From Podarcis liolepis (taxonomy: Eukaryota): a DNA stretch of 64,000 nt. The translations under genes were made by a program, and so were the position numbers. Positions 12,884-23,000 of this stretch are shown here, one piece after another (position 1 is the stretch's first letter; each line of letters begins with the position of its first letter). The DNA lies in NCBI GenBank assembly GCA_965112155.1, contig OZ218103.1. One strand, given 5' to 3'. The notes under the pieces are model-generated. The model ran no database searches, was not told the DNA's origin, and saw only the letters and a list, made by a program, of their open reading frames with translations.

Positions 12884-14579
12884 CTTCTACCCCATCTCTG
12901 TGCTGTCCTTGAGTGCTTTTGTCTGACAGGAAATGTGCCATTGAACTATGATAATCCCTCTTGTTTGCCTGGATGGAGAGAGAGGGTTGTGTAGAAACCT
13001 CTGACTTGTGCAAGGCCTGTGGTACGAAGCCTGCAGTACGAAGGCAAGAATTACATCTGTTGCTCTAGCTCTGCCTTCTCCTCAAGAAGGTTGTCCCTGA
13101 GGTGATGGGGTCCTAGGACTGAGAAAGGTTTGTCAAAATTTTAGGCCTTCCCTTCTCTCTGGAGTAGTCCCATTGGGAGCAATTCGCATGGGTTAAATCT
13201 GAAGAGGCGGCCAACAACCAGAGTCACAGCAGCAACCCACAAAACATACAGACTGTAAAATCAAAGGCATGTTGTGGTTTTTGTTGGAAATGGGCTGAAC
13301 TGGATTAAGCCCCAAACATCTGAAGGAGGAGCCACATCACAGGCTTTCCAACCAAGGCCATCCGCTGAGCTCTTCCTGGTGGTTTCTCTTGCCAGTTCCA
13401 CCTCCCCCTCCTCCAGCGCACGGAAATTATTGCCCAGCGTTTCACGATAACACTGTTTTGAAAATGTCCTGGCCAGAACATAAAAAAGAGAGGAAAACAC
13501 TGCTGTTTTCTTTTCAGTTATTCTTCCAGAAATATGACTTAGTTGAGTTTTGATCATTCCACAGCACTCTTATTTGCTTGAGAGCACATTGTGTAGCTCC
13601 TTCGGGCATGGTCTGTTTCGGCCTCGCAATTTATGTGACAGAGCAATTTGCTGCAGAACAGCAGAACCACGGAGTCAGAGGTAGGCTTGGGGGGAGAAAC
13701 TTGATTCAGTTTGCATTTAAAGGTGAATCTACCTAATTTGTATTTTCCAGAGCAACAGGAAAACTGAAACACGTCTTTCGAAAGATGCGTTTCTCCTACT
13801 TTTGCAAGGCAGTTCTCCTTCCACTTAAAGTGGATGAAAATCCGTACACCGAGGTGCATAGAAATGAATATATATACGTAAATGAAAATGGTACACAAAG
13901 TGCATTATATAAGGAGACATTGCATACAAACTTGTGCATATTAGGAGAAATAGACACTAAAAGGGTGATTAATTTTCCTGAGGACCTTTTAAAAAAACAA
14001 AGCCACAAACTGCTGCAGCAATGTGGAGAATTAAATTTAAGGATAAATGAGAAACTGAGACAAAATGAAATTGACACATTCACTCATCCTTAGTAGAAAG
14101 GGGTCTTATAAGTCATCTAGTCTAATCCCAATCAGTTCAAGAAAGTCAGAGATCTCAAGTATCCCTAACAGGTGGCTGTCTGGCCTCTGACCAAAGGCCT
14201 CCACTGAGAGAGAGCCACCCCACCCAGATTAGGTTTCATTGTCAAATTGCTCTTACCACAAAGACATTTCTCCTAACAGTTGACCCAAATCTACATTCTT
14301 TGCATTGATAAAGTAATTTGATTGTGAGGCTGGTTCATTTGATCAGAAGCTGCTTCTAATTCCTTTGCTCTCTCTACTTCTGTGTTCAGGTGACGACTGC
14401 ACAGTAACTCTAAGCCGGAATGACCTTCTAAGGCTGACCATGGATTCCTGTCCCATTTGTAGCAGAGAAAAGCTGAAGCTGTTCTTTGCTGCCAAAAGCC
14501 CTGGATGCAGCACTGCCTCTGCACAAGAGATCCAGAAGCACTGAAAGGGTCCTGGCATAGGGTGTGTGAACATCAGGGT

Positions 14580-14745
14580 GAACTCTCTGATGGTAAGAGC
14601 TGTTCGACAGTGAAGGAGGCCCCTTGGGAAGGTGGTGGGCTCTCCTTCCTTGGGGATTTTAAAGCAGAGGTTGGGTGGCCATCTGTCATGGATGCTTTAG
14701 TTGAGATTCTTGCATTGCAGGGGGGTGGACAATACTATGCTTCTC
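14580..14745 (+). mobile_element. CR1 LINE 3' fragment
   Basis: ggtggtgggctctccttccttgg...ttttaaagcagaggttgg...gagattcttgcattgcagggggg; same tail as 57680-57760. Confidence 0.55.
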
Positions 14746-16497
14746 TGATTATGCTTTTGGCACAATGCCCTTCCAGAAAGGAAGGCTAGGAATTGTGTTC
14801 AGTGTTAGACCTACTCAGCAGCAGACCCAATGACATTAATGGGCAGAACTAACTTAGGTCTGTTCATTTCAATGGGTCTAGAACATAGTTGGATATAATC
14901 AAAGGCTGCAGCCTTAATTAGTGTATGCGCTACATGCTTGGTGTCTCAAAGTGATGCCACGGAGTGTGAAAGGTGACATAAGGTGATATGGAAGCTCTGT
15001 CTGTGGCAGTAGCAGCTGGTGGTGTGGGGCAGAGTCACCCTCCCAGTACTGGTGGCCCAGCAGTTTACAGAAATGGGGCTGGGGCTGGGGCTGGGACAAA
15101 GCTGGGCTGTGTACCAGATTGGTTCCGCCGGTGCATCTGTCCAGTGCCTTTGCCCTCATCCTGACCTGCCCCATCCAAGCAAGGTGTAGAAATGTCTGTA
15201 TCGGGAAGGCTGCTCCCCGTGGCGCTCTGCTGCTCCGTCCCCATGTTTCTTCCTTTCTTATTTTTTTAATTGTTATCTAATCTGCTTTTATAAATGTCTG
15301 CCATGTGAGTTATGTCAATACGGAAAGCGGCAACTAATACGAAAAGCAGAATAAGAATGTGAAAAAAGGAAAGAACAGAGATATTTGCAGAGATATTTTT
15401 ATTTTAACATTATATTGCAATCTGCCTCGAACATATGCAGATGGGAAGATGGGGGTTAAATGATGATGATAATAATAATAATAATTCATAATATTTGACC
15501 TGGGCTTCATAAAGTATTCATTCTGTCTCTATAGGCTCACCTGTATTTGACAGTGTCAAAGGCAGGATCCATAGCTCTGTGGTTAGACCACATGCTTGGC
15601 TTGCACAAGACTCTTAATCTCAGTCTTGGGTTCGAACCCCATTGCAGGGGGTTGGACTGGATGACCTTTGGGATCCCTTCCAGCTCTAGGAGTCTATGAT
15701 TCTAAGATTACTAGGTTCAATCCACGGGTCTTTCAGCAAAGAGAAAATCAGCTAGCAGGAGTGGGCTACATATGTGCTTTGTTTTGTGTCACTGCAGGCC
15801 AGTGGTGGGTGGAGCCAGTCAGAAGTGGGCGGAGCCAGAGGCAAAGGTAGGTGGCTCAGTGGATGCCACTCTGACCCTTGTATAGCAGGCTGCATTCAGG
15901 CATGCAAAAGTCAGGGAACCCTACAGCCCGCCTCTGCATCCAGGCAACTGAGGCAAGCAAGAAACATTCTGGCAGTTCAAGGTCACATTCCAGCCAGGCA
16001 AAGACACTCTTTCAGCGAGAGGGGCTGTGCCCTAGTGAGGGCCCTGAGGTGGGGGATAGAGAGGTCTCTCAGCCTTTCTTTGTGTGCTATGTTCATTCTC
16101 GTTCTCTTGGGAACTTAAAGCTGTACTTCCTTGGGATGGAAGTACTATCGTACCCCGAAGAAACAAGAGTCTGGGGAGTGCTGTAGACATTTTTTTCCAG
16201 GTTTCCTTCAAAAAAGCTTTCCAAAGAGCATCTGTGCAATGCCACAACATGCCTATTGCTTCTCGAATTCCTTACATACACAACTGCTCCCCCTTATCCC
16301 CTTGAGACGCAGTCCTCCAATCGTGTTCATGCATAGAATATATACAGGACATTTTTCCTTCTGCAAGCTATGCAATGGAATGCGTTTGAGAAAAAGAAAG
16401 AAAAAAAAAACCCCCACGCGAAAGTAATCCTGTAATTTGACGCCAGGAAAAGCAAAACGGGGCAGCAACTTGATCTCCAGGGATGAGAGAAACTCCA

Positions 16498-16510
16498 ATT
16501 AATGTTTAAC
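16498..16510 (+). promoter_or_regulatory. HNF1A binding site of the PCSK9 promoter
   Basis: ATTAATGTTTAAC fits GTTAATNATTAAC and the recalled human PCSK9 site GTTAATGTTTAAT; 27 nt upstream of the SRE. Confidence 0.85.
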
Positions 16511-16519
16511 GAGATAGGA

Positions 16520-16528
16520 TGGTCCGAT
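16520..16528 (+). promoter_or_regulatory. HINFP-type motif between HNF1 and SRE
   Basis: TGGTCCGAT; the human PCSK9 spacer is recalled as ATCGTCCGAT, and GGTCCG is the HiNF-P core in histone H4 site II. Confidence 0.55.
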
Positions 16529-16537
16529 GGGATAATA

Positions 16538-16547
16538 GTGGCGTGAT
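16538..16547 (+). promoter_or_regulatory. Sterol regulatory element (SREBP site) of the PCSK9 promoter
   Basis: GTGGCGTGAT (reverse complement ATCACGCCAC), identical to the recalled human PCSK9 SRE; 365 nt upstream of the ATG. Confidence 0.88.
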
Positions 16548-16902
16548 CCGGCACATCCACGCCCCAAAAAGATTTAGAGGAGCACATGGAAAGGCAAAGG
16601 GGAGGAGGGAAAGTCGAAGCGGCGAGAAAGAAGCGGGCGAGGGGGGTGTGCGTGCGCGCTGTGTGTGCAAGCGAGCTGTGGGATGCGATTCCCATTTGCT
16701 GATCCTTCGCCCGGTGCAACTGCCGCCGCGCCAAGGGCAGCTCGCGCCAGCAGCCCGCTGATTGCAGGGCCCGCCAGGTTCTAGGCTCCGCCCGCGCCGG
16801 GTTCTAGGCGTCGCGCTGCGCTCCAGAGCCGAGCCTTTCCGCGCGCGGCGGGTTCTTCTCGGTCTCTGCCGACTCCCGCGTTCTTCGCAAGCCGGGGACA
16901 CG

Positions 16903-17085
16903 ATGGGCGCTCCGCTGCTGCTGCTGCTGCTGTTCCTGCTGGGCGCGCTCTCTCCGGCTGCTGCCAACCTCGACGATCCGGACGAGGACGACGACCTGGT
17001 GGCGTCCTTCGCCTTCGAGGAGGAGAGCCAGGCCGACTTGGGGAAATACCGGAGCGCGTCCGCCGCTTTCCATCGGAGCAACAAG
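16903..17085 (+). CDS. PCSK9: PCSK9 exon 1 (signal peptide and acidic prodomain N-terminus)
   Basis: [42 protein letters not shown]...AAFHRSNK; donor AAG|gtgacc. Confidence 0.9.
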
Positions 17086-20000
17086 GTGACCATGATGGAG
17101 AGGAGGACCAGAGGGACTCGGAAGGCTCCGGCTCCGGCTGGTGCCCTTGCTTCTTCTCTCCCACTCGCCTTGGGGTGGCCTGGAGGGGGGCACCTCCGTC
17201 CTCCGAGGCTCGGGTTCTAGTTTGAGGACTCTGGTCGTTCCAGACAGGCGGGGTTTGGGGGGCAGCGAGAGCCCCTGGCTCCCGTGCAAAAGTAGCTTTA
17301 CACGCTGCAATGGAGCTTATTGATTATTTCATAAAATGTATATATGCCTCTTGACTGCCGAAAAAACACATCGAAGAGATTCCCCCCCCCCCAAAAAAAG
17401 GCTTGGGACCTTAGGCTGCAGTTGCCCGGGAGTATAAGCTACAGCGAATTCCGTGGGACTTCTGAAGGGTTTGGCAATGTAAGGATTGCCCAAAGGACCC
17501 CATAGAGGCCCCGGGTTCGCATTGCACAGATGCTCGTTCCTTTGCTTGCGAGCGGTCAGCCCCTAAACCAGAGAGGATCTTGCCTGGCTCTGCCTTGCTC
17601 CCTCCCTCTGGACCACCCCCCCCCCGCGCCCCACCTGAAGCCGAGTGTGCATTATTGGGAAGCTTTGCGTGCCTGCTTCCAACCCCAGCATCTCCAGGCA
17701 GGACCCGGAATGGTTCCCTGCGTGAAAACCCTGGAGGGCCGCTGCCAGTCCGTGCCGGCAACGCTGAGTTAGAAGGGTCTGACTCAGTTTGAGGCGGCTT
17801 CTTAAATGGGCTGTGCTTTCTTGGGCGAGAAGGAAAATAATCTCTCTGCACATTGTCTTTGCATATGCCCCAGGCTGCTCTCCTCCTTATAGTCAGCTTC
17901 ACTTGTTTCTGGGCAGGGCTCTGGCATTCAGAAACATTTCCATGGGAGGAACCTAGGTTTACTTGAAGCCCTGTTTCTGTGGCACTGCTTCCCCAACCCC
18001 TTCCCCTGTCTGGAAACTTGTTTTCCCCATTTGGAAGGATACTAATGCATGCTTTGGGATTTCTGCTGCCAAATTCAGACACCCGCGGTAGGTCAGGACC
18101 TGGGATGGGCTTATTATTAGCATCATCGTTCATGAAGCAAAGGCTGTTGTGGGAACAGGGACCCAATACCCCCCTCCCCTGTTATTTTGGATCTATTCTG
18201 TTTCCTTATGAAATCATTCCCCTGTCCTCTCTTTTTTGGGGAGGGGGGTGTTGTCTCTTGAAGAAGGGACATTTGAAATGTTAGGTTCAGGCAGCGGGAG
18301 GAAGAGGCTTTGTGAAGCATCCATTTTAGGAAATTTGGCCAGGCACCAGTCATATACTATTGTAACGTTGGGCATGCCTTAAAGGCTTCCAGGATATTTT
18401 GCAACGAATGCACACCTGTTGCATTTTGCCTTCACTCAGAACCTCCTCGTCTGCTGAAAGGTAGATCTGCCTATTAAGGTCTTGTGATCTCTGGTGACAT
18501 GGCTTCTATTGGAACTATTCATTTTTAAAAATGCCTGCTTTGTCTTGCATGTGAGTTGAAAGATCTGGCATCCAGGGAGCGGTTGGGGAATGCAGGGGGT
18601 TGTTCTCCTGGCACTCTGCGTTGTATTGTCTTTCTTTTGTCTTTGGGGCACTTCTGAGCCTTGCCTCTTTTGATTGGATGCCTTTGTGCAGTCCACCTGC
18701 CTTGCAAGCTCCAGCCATGATAGAGAATATCTGCTGCCTTGGCTTGTGCTGTGCAGGGTGCACGGCTGACCTACCTCCTCTCAAGGGAGTGTCAGGAAGA
18801 GTCAAGGTGCTCTTGCAAATTCACTTCCCTGGCTTTTAGAGGTGGAGTCTGCCCAGCGATGAACCAGGTGGTATGGTCAATACTGGAAGCAGTGAGCAGT
18901 CAGCACCTGGATTTCTTAGATGTGTATGCAGCCCCCCCCCCCCAAAAAAAGGGTCACTGGATTTTGGTTTTGGCTTCTTTAAAAAAAAATCAGAACAGTG
19001 TAGGGGTGTGTGAAAAATGAAAAGAAAAAGGAACACAAATGGAGATTGCTAAAAGATGGGGGGCATCTATATGTGATCAACGCAGGAGATCTATAATTGG
19101 ATCTCTCGGCATCTTAAGAAGCACTTATAGGTGGGGTGGGGAAATGATTTGGATCAGGATTTAGTGCTGAAAGACCGGTTTTTAAACATTTTCCCCAGTT
19201 TAAATTTCCTCTGCCCAACGCTGCTACAGAGACGAGAGAAAGCACATCCAGTAATGGTTTATGTCTTCCACGCTCCACAGCTAATAGCAGCTTCTGGGAG
19301 GTGGGGATTTTAAATCATGGAAACAGTGCAGAGAAGAAGCTCCCCGGCCCCAATTCACTCAGCATCCAACCCTGATCCAAATCGGAGGATGTGACTGCTT
19401 TTGAGCAAAGATGTTGGGAGGTCTGATTCTGGATCTCCCATGTCCCATTCATCTCAGCCCTGTGCGATTGACTAGAAGATGGGAGAATAATTTGCTGGAT
19501 TCAGCAAGATTTGCTTCACAAAATTCCTGGTCCTTCCCCCTTTCTCATAGTTGCCTCTGATAACAGCTTCCTTCAAAGGGGCAGATTATACATGACATGG
19601 TGATGTGTGCAACAAATTCCAATTTTTTAAAAAAATAAAAAGCAGATTTTTAGTAGAGGTGTGTGAGCTTGTGTTTGCGCAATCCTTTCTTTGCTGATCA
19701 GTTTCCTCACTCAAAATCTCTCCCTGCTCCTGCTATTTCTTACACAAAGTTGTATACGTTTATATCCATATCTGTGGGTGGAATTGCTAGGAGAGAGAGA
19801 TTTTGAACTGGAAAAACGACCAGCACATCTTTCCTTCACTTTCAAAACCACATCAATTCTCAGTTGTCGTTCACTACGCAAATAAAGATTGTGCTGCTTT
19901 ATGTGTGTGCGCTTAACAAGGTGTTGTTTGCTTCTTAAAGTGGCTGTGTTGAGCCAAAAAATGTTAAGTCAGAGGAGTGGTTGAGTGGAATCTGTTTCCT

Positions 20001-23000
20001 TTCCAGTGAGGTGTTAAATACAGTGGTGCAGTAGTTACCGTATTTTTTGCACCATAACACTCACTTTTTTCCTCCTAAAAAGTAAGGGGAAATGTCTGAG
20101 CGTGTTATGGAGGGAATGCCTACGGGTGGCATGCCTATGGATTTTCCTCCTCTAGAAACTACGTCCGTGTTATGGTCGGGTGCATGTTATAGAGCGAAAA
20201 ATACGGTAATTTTGAAATGCAGGCCCTCTTCGTGACAGCACACCCACATCTCTTCTGAGGCTGTAAAGCCAAAATGATTTTTGGATAAATGCAGGGACCC
20301 CTTTCCAAGTTTTGCTTAATTTGCAGCCTGATGGAGAATTCTGGTGGACCTCTAAAGCTTGCTCGCTATTTTGATTAGCCATAATAGAGGGTGGTTGGTT
20401 ATCGGTGGTTGGTTATCTGGTCATTTTGTCTTTTAGAAAAGCTTTATTTGGTTGGCACGCAGAGGAGGCCACCCTCAGGGGGATGTCGCTGTCATTCCTG
20501 CTATGAAATCAGTGGCGCTTAGCTCCTTCTCTGCCACACCACTGGCTCATTTCATATGCATGTCAGAAGAAGTGAGCATGCAGAAGAGGCAGTGCCCAGT
20601 ATGTGGGACTGGGAGCATAATCTCGCACTTTCTTAAGGGCACCAGAGCCCCACCCTGTGCTTGCGCCACCCCCCTAGTGGGGCACACGCTTCTGCAAATC
20701 ACCTACCGACTCTCTACTTCTGTTTTGTCTAAACGCAGGACTTGTGGCGCCTGCCAGGGCAATACATTGTGGTGCTTAAGGAGGAAACCCACAAATCTCA
20801 GACGTCAAGGACCGCCAAGCGCCTGCAGGCCAGAGCAGCCAGGCATGGCTACTTGACGAAAATCCTGCATATCTTTGAGGACCTGTTCCAGGGCTTTCTC
20901 GTGAAGATGAGCAGCGACGTGCTGCACATGGTAAGTCCCTCTTTCTGCATCGGGGCTGGGGAACTCAGGGTCGCTCCAGATGTCAGCCCCAGTCAGCATG
21001 GTCTATGGGCGGGGACGAGGAGAGTTATAGTCCATCACGGTGCAATCAGAAATGTCCAGAGTGTGGAAGAAACTATTGTCAAAAGTATGCTTACAAGTTG
21101 GGAAAAGGCAGGCCCACCAGTCCTGTTGCCTCCTCTCATTTCCAAGTCAGTCTCCTATCTTCTCCTCCCAGTCCCTGACAGAGCCCAGCAGTATTTACAA
21201 GCACAATAGGTACTTATTTACGTTCAGATCTTGGCATGTCTCTCATCCAAGGCTCCCCTGGCTCTACAGTTTTATCAAATGCAGCATAAAATATACCTTG
21301 TGGGGTTCCACCAGTGGAATGGGTGCTCTTGGCTGCCCACAGCTCCAGTATCTGCTCCAGAGGGTTGGAGAGATTTGGAGAGGTCTGGTTCGCCAGAAGC
21401 AGCTTAGTGCTGGGCACATGACCCGGAAGCTGTACGCCGGCTCCCTCAGGCAATAAAGCGAGATGAGTGCCGAATCCCCAGAGTTGGTCACGACTGGACC
21501 TAATGGTCAGGGGTCCCTTTACCTTTACCTTTAGGGGAGCCATACTGGGGGAAGAGGAAGGGGAAAAGGGGAGGACCCATGCTGCAAGTAAAAGTCTCCG
21601 CCCGCGCCATGCCAAATGCCACCCAAACCCTGGGAAGGGAGGGTCTTGTAGGCCATCTAGTTGAAACCTCCCTGCTAAGGTTGGAGCAAGACTATCTTGT
21701 AAAAGATGGCTGTCTTTGAATATATTTTGTGCAATGCCATATCAACAACAAATATAGATATTTTAAAGAAATCTGGCTAGTAAAAGCAAGGCACCATCAT
21801 CTCAACAGCTGTTAATATCTGTAAAGGGAAAAAAAAGGTTAAGAATTTGGCTTTTGAGGAACAGAATCTGCTGGGATCTTTTGCTTAGTTAAAACCAGCT
21901 GCATGTATACAGATGTTTCTTTTTCAAGTGAGATTTCTTTCAGTTTCAGACTCTTCTTTTGGTGCACTAAGCAGAATGCTTAAGTGAGCAGAAAGAAAAA
22001 TTCCCAAAACACTTTGGGGGGCTAATACTTGTACATCTGTCTGCTTTTTGTTTCTGGTTTCTGTCGTCCCTACAGTTATTATTATTTTTTAATCATCTCT
22101 GTTGTATGAACTTTCACTAAGTCCCTATTCCCCATTGTGTGGGGCAATGATGTGGGTCTTCTGGCAATGTGCGACTGGCCGAAATCGACCAGGATCTACT
22201 GAGTGGTGTTTGAGTTGTTTTTAGTACACAAAACTGAGCAAGTACACCATGTGAATTCTACTTGTTGTATAAATATCTCAAATTGTTTTTCCCATAACCA
22301 GTAGTGGGAAGGCTGTGTGGTTGTGTTGCTCTCTTGTCTTCCTGGGGCTGCATATGGCCGCCGCTCATAGGCAGGAAGGGGGAACAAGGCCGCAGGAGCT
22401 CAACATGGCGCAGGGGCAGAAGGAGCAGCTTGGCTTTGCTCTGCTCCCACACCATACTGAACGCCTCCTTCTCTCAGTCAGTGGCAGCGAGGCACAGAGT
22501 TGTGAAAAGTGGGGGTCAATGTAGGCCGCCATCCCTGTGTAGCCTTAGCCGGTAGGCCAACTGTAGTTGAACTAAAATATATGATTGGGGTAAGAATAAA
22601 TAAATCAGGGAAGTGCACTTTTAAGAGCTTTGCTTGAAAAATGTGCTTTAGTTGGAATGCTTGAAAGTAAGTTAAGACATCACAATTTGGCAGCATGCTC
22701 TTCCTTTATATTGTTTAAATCTTAAAGAGAAGAAAAATGAAAGATACTGGAGCTGGACCAGTTAACATTCCAATATTAGTACAGTAAACATCCAACTTAA
22801 ACTTGTGGGCATTCAGCTTTATGTGTGTGGTAAAAAAATAAAGAAAAATTTAAAGGGAGGTGGTTCTGGGGAATATATGACCTTGGCAATTCCCCCCCCC
22901 CATTGAATGGGAGGGCATGACTCTTAATTTCAGGCTCATAGGTTTGAGCCTCACAGTGAGTGAAAGATTCCCTTCCAACTCTACAAGTCTGTGATTCTGT

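Larger units (their letters stand above)
16600..17290. promoter_or_regulatory. CpG island over the PCSK9 5' UTR and exon 1
   Basis: Abrupt GC- and CpG-rich segment against a CpG-depleted background; GC box ctccgccc at 16786-16793. Confidence 0.85.

Noticed and set aside
16762-16902. In-frame N-terminal extension of PCSK9 from TTG 16762
   Set aside because: Non-ATG start; ATG 16903 (acacgATGG) has good Kozak context and directly precedes the signal peptide
16506-17310. Antisense ORFs of 127-195 aa over PCSK9 exon 1
   Set aside because: Stop-poor GC-rich CpG island and shadow frames of the CTG repeat; no independent coding signal
17411-18166. 251-aa antisense ORF, the longest in the track
   Set aside because: Non-ATG start, low-complexity G/P/S/A composition in a GC-rich intron edge, no homology recognised; RNA-seq or PhyloCSF would be needed to revive it
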